Positions 18,481 to 28,109 of a stretch of 31,546 nt of DNA are shown here, in pieces. The stretch is from positions 1 to 31,546 of the forward strand of contig JAUVKA010000001.1 of assembly GCA_030592205.1 (NCBI GenBank), in the 5' to 3' direction. The stretch is from Bacteroidota bacterium. GTDB taxonomy: Bacteria > Bacteroidota > Bacteroidia > Bacteroidales > UBA12481. Numbering within the stretch: position 1 is the stretch's first letter; each line of letters starts with the position of its first letter. The position numbers were made by a program, and so were the translations under genes. The notes beneath the pieces were generated by a model. That model made no database searches, had not been told where the DNA came from, and worked only from the letters and a program-made list of their open reading frames with translations.

Positions 18481-19482
18481 ATGGATATAGAAAAAAGAAT
18501 ATTAGAGCTTCTTTATTTCAAAGATTGTGTGATCATTCCCGGATTAGGCGGTTTTGTTTCACAATACGTGTCAGCAAAAGTGAGGGAGGAAACACAAACT
18601 TTTATTCCGCCTACAAAAGAAATTGGCTTCAACAGGGAACTGGTTTATGATGATGGCATATTATCCAATTACCTTGCAGAATGTGAAAGTATTTCAATAA
18701 GTGCTGCCAGGATTCTGATTGATGAATTTGTTGACCTCCTAAAGAAAAAGCTTGCACTTGGTGAAGCTATGAATTTGACTTCCATTGGGAGTTTCAGCTA
18801 TGCCAGAACAGGTGAGCTGGTTTTTGCAGTCAGTAGGGAGATGAATTTCCTGACAGATTCTTTTGGTTTTAGCTCATTTCATTTTACACGTACAAAATCA
18901 GAAAAGGAGCACCCTTTATTGCGTTCTGCAATATTCAGACCAGGAGAAAAGGGAAGGATAATACCTCTCCCCGGAACACAGAGCAAACCGGTGCATGAAA
19001 AAACTTTTCGGAGATTGGCCATAGCAATTCCTTTGCTGGTAGCGATTTCCCTTTTGCCACTTAATTCCAGGAATGGACTCAGACATGGACAACAGGCAAC
19101 TCTTTTCCCATTGCCTTCTTTGTCTGTTGTTGACGGATCTATTATTTCCGCTCCATCAGAGCTTTCTGAAATTCGGGTTCAAGCCACAACAGATCAAGCG
19201 GAAATTACTGTGGATCAAGAAAATGAGAATTCAGATCCTGCACAAACAGAGTTCAAGCAAAAATCATTTGCCATTATTGCTGGAAGTTTTAGTTCAGAAA
19301 AAAATGCAAAATCGCTACAGCAAGAATTACTGGATAAGAATTTTCACCCTGAAATATGGCAAGCAAAAAATGGCTTTTTCAGGGTTGTAATACAAGCCCA
19401 TGGAAATATGTCAGAGGCCCAGGAAGCTGTTGGCAAACTAAGGGATGAGCTTAGCGATATCGATTTCTGGATTTTACAATAA
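18481..19482 (+). CDS. HU-like (CCDC81-type) N-terminal domain + TM helix + C-terminal SPOR domain protein
   Basis: N-terminus ILELLYFKDCVIIPGLGGFV...PP.KEIGFN...DDGIL; hydrophobic segment LAIAIPLLVAISLLPL; C-terminus FAIIAGSFSSEKNAK...FRVVI typical of SPOR. Confidence 0.8.
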   Translation: MDIEKRILELLYFKDCVIIPGLGGFVSQYVSAKVREETQTFIPPTKEIGFNRELVYDDGILSNYLAECESISISAARILIDEFVDLLKKKLALGEAMNLTSIGSFSYARTGELVFAVSREMNFLTDSFGFSSFHFTRTKSEKEHPLLRSAIFRPGEKGRIIPLPGTQSKPVHEKTFRRLAIAIPLLVAISLLPLNSRNGLRHGQQATLFPLPSLSVVDGSIISAPSELSEIRVQATTDQAEITVDQENENSDPAQTEFKQKSFAIIAGSFSSEKNAKSLQQELLDKNFHPEIWQAKNGFFRVVIQAHGNMSEAQEAVGKLRDELSDIDFWILQ

Positions 19483-21516
19483 TTATTTTACTTCTGCTCC
19501 ATTGATCATATCCTCCTCCGGGGTAACAAATACTAGTTTCCCTGTTGCATCTTCAGCCAGGAGTACCATACCCTGGCTCTCTACTCCCCTGATTTTTCGT
19601 GATTCAAGATTTGCCAGTAAGCTGATCTTTTTGCCTGGAAGGGTAGAAGGATCAAAATGTTCGGCTATTCCTGATACAACTGTACGAATATCAATGCCGG
19701 TATCCAGCTTAAGTTTGACCAGTTTTTTTGTTTTTGGAATTTTCTCAGCCTCCAGGATAGTAGCTATACGAATATCCAACTTCGTGAAATCGTCATAACT
19801 AACCGCAGGTTTGGCAGGTGATAATTCAGCATCTTTAGCCATATTAGCTTTTTTTGTAGCTAAAAGTTTATTGATCTGGAACTCTACCTCCTTGTCTTCA
19901 ATTTTATCAAATAATAAAGATGGCTTATTTATCAGATGTCCTGTGGGTACTAAACTAATATTACCTATAGCTCCCCAGGTTTGAGCTTTAATATTCAGAA
20001 ATCCTCTTATTGTTTCCATGCTATGAGGAAGGAAAGGTTCCAGCAGGATAGAAAGGTTTGCCGTAATCTGGAGGCTGACATTTAAAATTGTTCTAACCCG
20101 AGCCTCATCTTCTTTGAAAAGCTTCCATGGCTCGGTTTCAGCTAAATACTTGTTGCCAAGTCTTGCAAGTCCCATAGCCTCCACAAGCGCCTCCCTGATT
20201 CTAAAGGCCTCCATACTTTTTTCAACCCTCTTTTTGATCTCTTCAATCTGGGCCAGCACATCCTTATCTTCTTCGCTTAATAAAATGGCTTCAGGGCAAA
20301 TTCCCTGAAAATATTTGTGCGTAAGGACAAGTGTTCTGTTTACAAAATTTCCCAGAACAGCTACCAATTCATTATTATTGCGTTTTTGAAAATCCTTCCA
20401 GGTAAAATCATTGTCCTTTGCTTCAGGTGCATTGGCAGTAAGCACGTATCTGAGTACATCTTCCTTTCCAGGGAATTCTTCCAGGTATTCATGCAGCCAA
20501 ACAGCCCAGTTTCTTGAAGTAGAAATTTTATCATTTTCTAAGTTCAGAAACTCATTAGCCGGAACATTGTCGGGAAGGATGTATTCACCATGGGCTTTAA
20601 GCATTACTGGAAACATAATACAGTGAAAAACGATATTATCTTTTCCAATAAAATGAACCATTCGTGAATCCTCAGATTTCCAGTATTTTTCCCAGTCGGG
20701 GGTTAATTCTTTAGTTGCTGAGATATATCCGATGGGAGCATCAAACCATACATACAGGACTTTTCAATCTGCATTTTCTACAGTAACAGGAACTCCCCAA
20801 TCAAGATCACGGCTGACTGCCCGGGGTTGAAGTCCGAGGTCAAGCCAGGACTTACATTGGCCATACACATTTGCTCGCCATTCTCCATGTTCTTCCAGGA
20901 TCCATTTCCTTAGCCAGGGCTCGTATTTATCGAGAGGAAGAAACCAATGGGTCGTTTCCTTTAATACTGGCGGGTTCCCACTAAGAGTTGACTTAGGGTT
21001 AATTAAGTCATTGGCATTCAAAGAGGTACCACACGCTTCGCATTGATCTCCATAAGCTTTTTCATTAGAGCAATGAGGGCAGGTTCCTGTAATATATCGA
21101 TCTGCCAAAAACTGCTTTGCCTCTTCATCGAAGTATTGATGATTGCTTTGTTCGATGAAATCTCCCTGATCGTAAAGCTTCCGGAAAAAATCTGAAGCAG
21201 TTTCGTGATGAATAGGAGCGGATGTGCGGTGGTAAATGTCGAATGAAATACCAAAATTGGCAAAAGACTCTTTATTGATACCATGGAACTTATCAACCAC
21301 ATCCTGAGGTGAAATATTTTCCTGTCTGGCTTTCAGGGTGATAGGCACACCATGTTCATCAGATCCACAAATAAAAAGCACATCTTTTCCATTTTGACGC
21401 AGGTATCTCGTATATATATCTGCAGGCACGTAAACACCAGCTAAATGTCCGATATGAACAGGACCGTTGGCATAAGGAAGTGCTGCTGTAACTAAATGTC
21501 TTTTGTAATTTTTCAT
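19483..21516 (-). CDS. metG: Methionine--tRNA ligase with C-terminal tRNA-binding domain, interrupted by one in-frame TGA at 20764-20766 (codon 251)
   Basis: The two ORF-track pieces are in the same frame. Read-through gives ...[55 protein letters not shown]. Motifs: [21 protein letters not shown] knuckle, KISTS and a C-terminal OB domain. Start at the ATG at 21516. Confidence 0.95.
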
Positions 21517-21551
21517 TGGATAATTCGCTTGTTCAATTAATTTTAGCTTTG

Positions 21552-21559
21552 CAAAATTA
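21552..21559 (-). promoter_or_regulatory. Bacteroidota -7 element TAATTTTG for metG
   Basis: Plus strand caaaatta, 35 bp upstream of the ATG at 21516. Confidence 0.65.
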
Positions 21560-21724
21560 CGAAAGATAGCGAGAATGAGAAGGAGGTATTTTTCCACCAG
21601 CCCGATTCGTTCTTCCTTTTGAAATTGAAGGAGCATTGGAATGGATCAGCAGCAAGGGTTTTATTCCTGTTCTTGTCAAGCTGGGGATATAGATAATTGT
21701 TATCAATAGAAAACCCTGAGGTTT

Positions 21725-22084
21725 ATGGATCACATGGAAATAGCCAGGAAGGGCGAAATTGCAGCGGAAGAATTGTTAATAGATTCAGGATTTCAGATCC
21801 TCGAAAGAAACTGGTACCACAAACATAAAGAGTTAGATATTATCGCTATTGATGGTAGTGAATTAGTAATTATTGAAGTTAAGTCCCGCAAGGCTCCTGC
21901 ACTGGATAATCCGGCTATGTCCATCGACCGTAAAAAGCAAAGAAATCTGGTTTTTGCTGCTAATGCTTATGTCAGGATGAACAAAATTTCCAGTGAAATT
22001 CGCTTTGATGTGATGTGGGTGATTTATCACGGAAGCCAGGTAGAGATAGAGCATATTCGGAATGCTTTTGTGCCAGGGCTTTAA
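21725..22084 (+). CDS. yraN: YraN/UPF0102 family PD-(D/E)XK-fold protein
   Basis: GEIAAEELL...GFQILERNW...ELDIIA...LVIIEVKSR...RFDV. Confidence 0.9.
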   Translation: MDHMEIARKGEIAAEELLIDSGFQILERNWYHKHKELDIIAIDGSELVIIEVKSRKAPALDNPAMSIDRKKQRNLVFAANAYVRMNKISSEIRFDVMWVIYHGSQVEIEHIRNAFVPGL

Positions 22085-22134
22085 TTGACCGGTCTTTTGA
22101 GCAGCCCTGAAAATTGTTTAGATTCAAAGATTAT

Positions 22135-23160
22135 ATGGATATAGAAGATCTAAAATCATTTTGCCCTGATAAAAATGGCGTTTCAGAAGGACCTCCTTTT
22201 GCCGGTCTTCATACAGAAGAGCAGTTTAATCAATCAGCCCTTCAGTGTTTCAGGTTTCAGGCTGAGCACAATCCTGTTTATAGCTTATATCTGGAATCAT
22301 TAGCTTTTGACACTCAAAGCGTTGAAGTTTTTACCGACATACCTTTTTTACCGATTGAGTTTTTCAAAACCCACAGGGTTTATGCTGGAGATGAGTCTGA
22401 GGAAATCAGATTTCTGTCCAGCGGTACAACGGGCATGCAGCCAAGCATCCATTATATCGCCAGTCTTGCCTGGTATATAAAGAGTTTTTCTCGGGGCTTT
22501 AATATTTTCTACGGTCCACCTGAAGATTATTGTTTTCTGGCTCTTCTGCCCTCTTATCTCGAAAGGAAGCATTCTTCACTGGTGTATATGTTGGATCATC
22601 TGATCAAAAAGAGCAGGTTTTCCGAGAGTGGGTTTTATTTGAGTGATTTAGAGGGGCTTAGAGAGAAGCTTGAAGATCTGGAGGCTAGTGGAACCAAAAC
22701 TATTCTTCTGGGTGTTAGCTATGCATTATTAGATTTGGCTGCTAATTATCCGGTACATCTGAAGAATACTATTGTTATTGAAACCGGAGGCATGAAAGGC
22801 AGGCGGGAGGAATTATCCAGGCACGAACTTCACCGCAGGCTGTCTGAGGGTTTTATCTTAGAAAACATTCATTCTGAATATGGAATGACTGAGCTTTTAT
22901 CTCAGGCATATTCCAGTGAAAAAGGGCTGTTTAAAACACCACCATGGATGAAGATCAGGATTCGTGATCCCTATGATCCTTTTAGTTATTTAGAGGATGG
23001 CCGCAGCGGCGGAATCAACATAATTGATCTGGCAAATTGGTATTCATGCTCATTTATTGAAACACAAGATCTTGGTCGCCTTCATCCCGACCAAAGTTTT
23101 GAAATCCTTGGTCGGTTTGATAACAGCGATATTCGGGGCTGCAACCTATTGGTTCAATAG
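22135..23160 (+). CDS. LuxE/PaaK-like acyl-protein synthetase / acyltransferase (ANL superfamily)
   Basis: IPFLPIEFFK, FLSSGTTG P-loop, IETGGMKG, SEYGMTELLSQAY, IETQDLG and LGRFDNSDIRGC. Start is either the ATG at 22135 or the TTG at 22114. Confidence 0.75.
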   Translation: MDIEDLKSFCPDKNGVSEGPPFAGLHTEEQFNQSALQCFRFQAEHNPVYSLYLESLAFDTQSVEVFTDIPFLPIEFFKTHRVYAGDESEEIRFLSSGTTGMQPSIHYIASLAWYIKSFSRGFNIFYGPPEDYCFLALLPSYLERKHSSLVYMLDHLIKKSRFSESGFYLSDLEGLREKLEDLEASGTKTILLGVSYALLDLAANYPVHLKNTIVIETGGMKGRREELSRHELHRRLSEGFILENIHSEYGMTELLSQAYSSEKGLFKTPPWMKIRIRDPYDPFSYLEDGRSGGINIIDLANWYSCSFIETQDLGRLHPDQSFEILGRFDNSDIRGCNLLVQ

Positions 23161-23173
23161 ATGCAATAACTTA

Positions 23174-24364
23174 TTATCCCCGGATTGCCTTGATTCCCGG
23201 GAGTTCTTTCCCTTCAATGTATTCCAATAAGGCCCCGCCTCCTGTTGAAACGTAGGAGACTTTATCACTCATGTTAAATTGGTTAATCGCCGCAACAGAG
23301 TCGCCTCCACCAACCAAACTGAATGCTCCTTTTTCAGTGGCCCGGACAATTGCTTTGGCTATTTCAACTGTACCCTTCTGGAAATTTTGCATTTCGAAAA
23401 CTCCCATTGGCCCGTTCCAAAGTATGGTTTTTGACCCTTCAATCAATTCTGAGAATTTCAGGATAGATTTTTCCCCGATATCCAATCCCATATACCCTTC
23501 GGGAATAGAGTTGATGTCCGAGCTATTTGTTTGAGCTTTGTTATCAAACTTGTCAGCATTCAGGCTGTCGACAGGAAGCACCAGGTTGACCCCTTTTTGG
23601 GCTGCTTTCCCGATGACTTGTTTTGCTGTATCCAGCAATTCTTCTTCAACAAGAGAATTTCCAATATTACCACCAAGAGCTTTGATGAAAGTAAAAGTCA
23701 TTCCTCCACCAATAATCAGGTTATCAACCTTATCCAGCATATTTTCTATAATAGTAATTTTTGTGGAGATTTTAGCACCCCCAAGAATTGCCGTAAAAGG
23801 TTTGCTAGATTTACTGATAACACCATCAATGCTTTTTAGCTCATTGTCAATTACATAACCAAATAATTTTTCCTCCGGGAAAAATTTGGCGATGATGGTT
23901 GTAGAGGCGTGGGCCCGGTGGGCGGTGCCAAATGCATCATTAACATATACATCGGCAAGATTGGCTAGTTTTTTAGCAAAATCTTCATTCCCCTTAGTCT
24001 CTTCCTTATAGAAACGCAGGTTTTCCAAAAGCAATATCTCACCTGGTTTCAAGGATGATGCCAGTTCTACAGCTTCTTGTCCTACACAATCCCCGGCAAA
24101 CTTAATTTCAGTTGCTAGTTTTAATGACAGATCGGATATAAGGTGTTTTAGGCTGAACTTATCTTCTGGTCCTTCTTTTGGTCGGCCTAAATGAGACATC
24201 AGGATAACAGAGCCACCATCAGAAATGATCTTTTTAATTGTGGGAATGGCTGCCCGGATACGAGTATCATCAGTAATTTCAAAATTGGCATTAAGGGGAA
24301 CATTAAAGTCAACCCTAATTATGGCCTTTTTGCCTGAAAAATTATATTTATCTATTGTTTTCAT
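23174..24364 (-). CDS. pgk: Phosphoglycerate kinase
   Basis: [48 protein letters not shown] and STGGGA. Confidence 0.98.
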   Translation of the reverse strand: MKTIDKYNFSGKKAIIRVDFNVPLNANFEITDDTRIRAAIPTIKKIISDGGSVILMSHLGRPKEGPEDKFSLKHLISDLSLKLATEIKFAGDCVGQEAVELASSLKPGEILLLENLRFYKEETKGNEDFAKKLANLADVYVNDAFGTAHRAHASTTIIAKFFPEEKLFGYVIDNELKSIDGVISKSSKPFTAILGGAKISTKITIIENMLDKVDNLIIGGGMTFTFIKALGGNIGNSLVEEELLDTAKQVIGKAAQKGVNLVLPVDSLNADKFDNKAQTNSSDINSIPEGYMGLDIGEKSILKFSELIEGSKTILWNGPMGVFEMQNFQKGTVEIAKAIVRATEKGAFSLVGGGDSVAAINQFNMSDKVSYVSTGGGALLEYIEGKELPGIKAIRG

Positions 24365-24389
24365 GATAATAACTTTTTTAATTCTTCGC

Positions 24390-24397
24390 CAAAGATA
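24390..24397 (-). promoter_or_regulatory. Bacteroidota -7 element TATCTTTG for pgk
   Basis: Plus strand caaagata, 25 bp upstream of the ATG. Confidence 0.65.
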
Positions 24398-24436
24398 AAA
24401 AATGAAGGATGATTTTAAAATGAGTTTTCATATGTG

Positions 24437-24444
24437 TAATTTTG
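24437..24444 (+). promoter_or_regulatory. Bacteroidota -7 element TAATTTTG for the holB operon
   Basis: Exact match 44 bp upstream of the ATG at 24489. Confidence 0.6.
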
Positions 24445-24488
24445 GGCGATAAATTCAGAAAATCAAGTATGCATGAGTAATTCAGAAT

Positions 24489-25628
24489 ATGCTATTTAAA
24501 TCGGTAATAGGACAGGAAGGAGTGAGGGATCAGTTGATCCATGCAGCTCGTGAAAACCGTGTAAGCCATGCATTACTTTTTCATGGACCTCCCGGTAGTG
24601 GGAAATTTCCCCTGGCTCTTGCTTTTGCTCAATACCTGAATTGCTCCGACCGTGGTTTGGAGGATTCATGCGGAGTTTGTCCTTCATGCAGCAAGGCGGA
24701 AAGATTTATTCATCCCGACATACACTTTGTTTTTCCTGTAGTTACCGGATCAAAGCCCAAACCAGAACCGGAGAGCGACCTCCATATAGATAAATGGAGG
24801 CTGTATTTGGAAGCTAAGCCATATCCCGATTTACAAAGCTGGTTGAGCTTCTTGAAGGCAGAAAATAAGCAGGCACAAATATTTAAGAAGGAAGCAGAGT
24901 CTATTTTACATAAACTCCATCTAAAAGCTTATGAATCAGATTATAAAGTTGTGCTTATCTGGCTTCCTGAAAAAATGAATCATACAGCAGCAAATAAGCT
25001 TCTTAAAATTATTGAAGAGCCACCGGATAAAACTATATTTCTTATGGTTGCTCAATCAACAGATGAAATAATACCTACGATCCTGTCCCGGTGCCAATTA
25101 GTTAAGGTAAATAAAATTCCGGATGGAGTCCTGGCTACTGGTTTGAGTGAAAGATTTCCTGAGCAGGAACAGATTATTAAGGGGATTATCCGTCAGGCTG
25201 ATGGAGATTATCTGGCTGCTATGAATTTGATCGAATCGGATGAGCAAAATAAAATCTATTATGAGCATTTTGTACAATGGATGCGGCTTGCTTATGGTTT
25301 TAAAATTCTGGAGTTATTGGAGTGGATACCAACGATGACTACTTTGGGCAGGGAAAAGCAGAAAGAATTTTTCATTTTTTGCCTACGGATGATAAGGGGT
25401 AATTTTCATATGAACAGGGAGGTAAGGTCAATTATCCGTTTGAATCCAGAGGAACAGCAGTTTGCAGAGCGTTTTCATAAATATATACATCCAGGGAATA
25501 TTGAAGATCTGCATAACTTATTTTCCGAGGCTGTCAGACATATAAGTATGAATGCAAACCCCAGAATACTCTTTATTGATATGAGTACATCGATCCACCT
25601 GCTCTTGCAAAAACAATCATTACAATAG
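24489..25628 (+). CDS. holB: DNA polymerase III subunit delta'
   Basis: SHALLFHGPPGSGK, DSCGVCPSC, HPDIHFVFP, AANKLLKIIEEPP and IPTILSRCQ. Confidence 0.93.
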   Translation: MLFKSVIGQEGVRDQLIHAARENRVSHALLFHGPPGSGKFPLALAFAQYLNCSDRGLEDSCGVCPSCSKAERFIHPDIHFVFPVVTGSKPKPEPESDLHIDKWRLYLEAKPYPDLQSWLSFLKAENKQAQIFKKEAESILHKLHLKAYESDYKVVLIWLPEKMNHTAANKLLKIIEEPPDKTIFLMVAQSTDEIIPTILSRCQLVKVNKIPDGVLATGLSERFPEQEQIIKGIIRQADGDYLAAMNLIESDEQNKIYYEHFVQWMRLAYGFKILELLEWIPTMTTLGREKQKEFFIFCLRMIRGNFHMNREVRSIIRLNPEEQQFAERFHKYIHPGNIEDLHNLFSEAVRHISMNANPRILFIDMSTSIHLLLQKQSLQ

Positions 25629-25759
25629 TATTTTCAAATGGTTTCGATCATATCACGCCGATTAACTATATTTACCTCCGATTTTTGACAATACTTCCCA
25701 CATTGAGCAGACAGATATGAAGGGGCTGAACAAAATGATGGGGATCAATATATATATTT

Positions 25760-26917
25760 ATGGAAGTACCAATTAAAGCTGGTTTATACCGGGGTTGTCC
25801 CCGTCTCGATACTGAAACTGACCAAAATAATTGTCCCGATGCGGCAAGCTGTGTCAAGCTGAATGTTACGGATTGGCTTGCCGACATTCCAAAAACCCTT
25901 GAGACAGATGACATAGTTGAGGTTCGTTTTAAGAACACTCGCAAAGATTTTTATAAAATTTCTGGGGGCTTAAACCTCAAGGTAGGTGATCTGGTTGCTG
26001 TAGAGGCATCTCCTGGTCACGATATTGGGATGGTTTCCCTGACGGGTCCGCTAGTTTACAATCAGATTGTAAGGAATCGCCTTCGTCCCAGGGATATTGA
26101 ATATCGACAGGTTTACAGAAAGGCTAAATCTGCAGATGTGGAAAAGTGGAAAGAAGCCATAGCCCTGGAACATGAAACCATGATTCGATCAAGACAGATT
26201 GCAGTGGATCTGGATCTGGATATGAAGATTGGAGACGTTGAATATCAGGGAGATAAAACAAAGGCTATATTTTATTACATTGCTGATGAACGGGTAGATT
26301 TCAGGAGCCTAATAAAAGTTCTGGCTGAAAATTTCAGGATTAGAATTGAAATGCGTCAGATTGGTGCAAGGCAGGAAGCTGGGCGTATTGGTGGGATTGG
26401 ATCCTGCGGTAGAGAATTATGCTGTTCAACCTGGATAAGGAATTTTGTTTCTGTTACTACTACTGTTGCACGGAATCAGGAACTGTCGCTAAATCCGCAG
26501 AAGCTGGCCGGGCAATGTGGAAAGTTGAAATGCTGCCTGAACTTTGAAGTGGAAACTTACCTTGATGTACGTAAAAACATGCCCTCTCAGGATATCGAAC
26601 TTGAAACCAAAGAAGGTCGTGCCTATCATCAGAAAACCGATATTTTTAAGGGGATTATGTGGTATTCTTTTAGTCCCAATTCTTCCAATAATATGGTGCC
26701 GGTTAAGGTAGAAAGAGTTAATGAAATTATAGATCTAAACAAAAGAGGAACTATTGTTGATCAACTGAATGGTTCTGAAAATGAAGTTGTTGAAAAAGAA
26801 GTGGGTTATCAAAATTCTGTGGGACAGGAAAGCCTTTCAAGGTTTGATAATCAAAGAAAAAAGAAAAAAGGGCCCTACTCTAAAAAGAAAGGCCGTAAAG
26901 ACAAGCAAAAAAAATAA
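25760..26917 (+). CDS. ricT: PSP1-domain / RicT (YaaT) family protein
   Basis: DVEYQGD..KAIFYY.ADERVDFR.LIK, RIEMRQIGARQEA, GIGSCGRELCCS and KLAGQCGKLKCCL; basic C-terminal tail. Confidence 0.88.
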   Translation: MEVPIKAGLYRGCPRLDTETDQNNCPDAASCVKLNVTDWLADIPKTLETDDIVEVRFKNTRKDFYKISGGLNLKVGDLVAVEASPGHDIGMVSLTGPLVYNQIVRNRLRPRDIEYRQVYRKAKSADVEKWKEAIALEHETMIRSRQIAVDLDLDMKIGDVEYQGDKTKAIFYYIADERVDFRSLIKVLAENFRIRIEMRQIGARQEAGRIGGIGSCGRELCCSTWIRNFVSVTTTVARNQELSLNPQKLAGQCGKLKCCLNFEVETYLDVRKNMPSQDIELETKEGRAYHQKTDIFKGIMWYSFSPNSSNNMVPVKVERVNEIIDLNKRGTIVDQLNGSENEVVEKEVGYQNSVGQESLSRFDNQRKKKKGPYSKKKGRKDKQKK

Positions 26918-26919
26918 AT

Positions 26920-27390
26920 ATGAAAATCCGGACATCAGTTATTCTTCTGGTGATCGTAGCCATGCTCCTTACAGCCTGCCATCCCAGGATATTATTTGAG
27001 GAGACGATCTCTCTTCCCTTGCATTCCTGGAACCAGGATGACTTTTTGGCATATACCATTTCGGTTGAAGATACGGTTGACCAATACCAGATATCCCTGA
27101 TCATCAGAAATGATGGACGCTATGAATATTCCAACCTGTTTCTGTTTATCAATACTACCTCTCCCGGTGGAGAAGGGATTCGTGATACCGTTGAAATTCG
27201 ATTGGCTGACGAAAAAGGAAATTGGTATGGTAAGGGGATCGGAGGAAAGTATACTCTGCAGGTTCCATTTAAGAAAGGGGTAAGGTTTCCGCAAGAAGGA
27301 AATTATACTATTGAGATTGAACAAGGCATGCGGACGGTGGATTTGGAATTTATTACCGATGTTGGATTACGTGTCACCAAGTTGAAATAG
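26920..27390 (+). CDS. gldH: GldH-family lipoprotein
   Basis: Lipobox LTAC; IRNDGRYEYSNLFL, DTVEI.LAD..GNWYGKG, G.YTIEIEQGMR and DVGLRV; usual position after PSP1. Confidence 0.88.
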   Translation: MKIRTSVILLVIVAMLLTACHPRILFEETISLPLHSWNQDDFLAYTISVEDTVDQYQISLIIRNDGRYEYSNLFLFINTTSPGGEGIRDTVEIRLADEKGNWYGKGIGGKYTLQVPFKKGVRFPQEGNYTIEIEQGMRTVDLEFITDVGLRVTKLK

Positions 27391-27392
27391 TT

Positions 27393-28109
27393 GTGGGTCA
27401 ACGTAATAAACTGAATCGATTTGCGCAGATCAAAAGCTTCACAAATGTTTTTGAGCTGGATGGGAAAGAACTCCTCGATAAGGATTTTAGGCTAAAGGGA
27501 AAATGGAATCGGGATTTTTTTAATAATGATTATCCAATTACGCTAGAGTTGGGTTGTGGGAAAGGTGAATACACTGTTGGCCTGGCTCGCAGATATTCGG
27601 AGAAAAACTTTATCGGAATCGATATTAAAGGGGAGAGAATGTGGAAAGGGGCAAAATATGCTCTGGAAAATCAACTTTCTAATGTAGTATTTGTCCGAAT
27701 GCGAATAGAATTTATCGAAAGACTTTTTGGCCTGAGAGAAATACAAGAGATTTGGGTCACCTTTCCAGATCCTTATCCTAAAAAACCAAGTAATCGTTTG
27801 TTGTCCAGTAAGTTTCTTAATCGATATAAGAATATTATGATTCCTGACGGGCTGATACATTTGAAAACAGATAGTCAGCACTTACATGGATACACCTGTG
27901 CTATTCTGAAGAAAAATGGAATAATTCCTGAAATAGCTACAAGAGACCTTTATTCTGCCAGTCAGAAACATGATGAGATAATGACCTTGAAAACTCATTA
28001 TGAAAAAATATTTCTTGCAGAGAATAAGCCAATTACATACCTGAGATTCTTGCTAGGCGGGGTCGATAGCTTTATAGAAACTACTAAGCCCTGGGCTGAT
28101 TATGTCTGA
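27393..28109 (+). CDS. trmB: tRNA (guanine-N7)-methyltransferase
   Basis: LELGCGKGEY, FIGIDIKG.R, WVTFPDP, HLKTDS and T.YEK.F; GTG start. Confidence 0.93.
   Translation: MGQRNKLNRFAQIKSFTNVFELDGKELLDKDFRLKGKWNRDFFNNDYPITLELGCGKGEYTVGLARRYSEKNFIGIDIKGERMWKGAKYALENQLSNVVFVRMRIEFIERLFGLREIQEIWVTFPDPYPKKPSNRLLSSKFLNRYKNIMIPDGLIHLKTDSQHLHGYTCAILKKNGIIPEIATRDLYSASQKHDEIMTLKTHYEKIFLAENKPITYLRFLLGGVDSFIETTKPWADYV

Noticed and set aside
20764-20766. Genome-wide UGA=Gly recoding (genetic code 25) or UGA=Trp (code 4)
   Set aside because: TGA terminates radA (9340), panC (11258), DUF4270 (14389), the acetyltransferase (16532, ATGA overlap) and trmB (28107) at plausible C-termini. No other gene in the ORF track appears split by an internal TGA.
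20720-20766. Selenocysteine insertion at the metG UGA
   Set aside because: The homologous residue is Gly, not Cys. Downstream there is only a 4-5 bp hairpin (GAUG-CUCC-CAUC), not a convincing bacterial SECIS.
19483-21636. Naturally split or frameshifted MetRS (two genes)
   Set aside because: Both parts are in the same frame, so there is no frameshift. Separate translation would drop the [10 protein letters not shown] segment.
21560-21724. Riboswitch, T-box or sRNA between metG and yraN
   Set aside because: The metG -7 element is only 35 bp from the ATG, leaving no leader. I see no SAM-I or T-box motifs, only a short CCAGC/GCTGG inverted pair.
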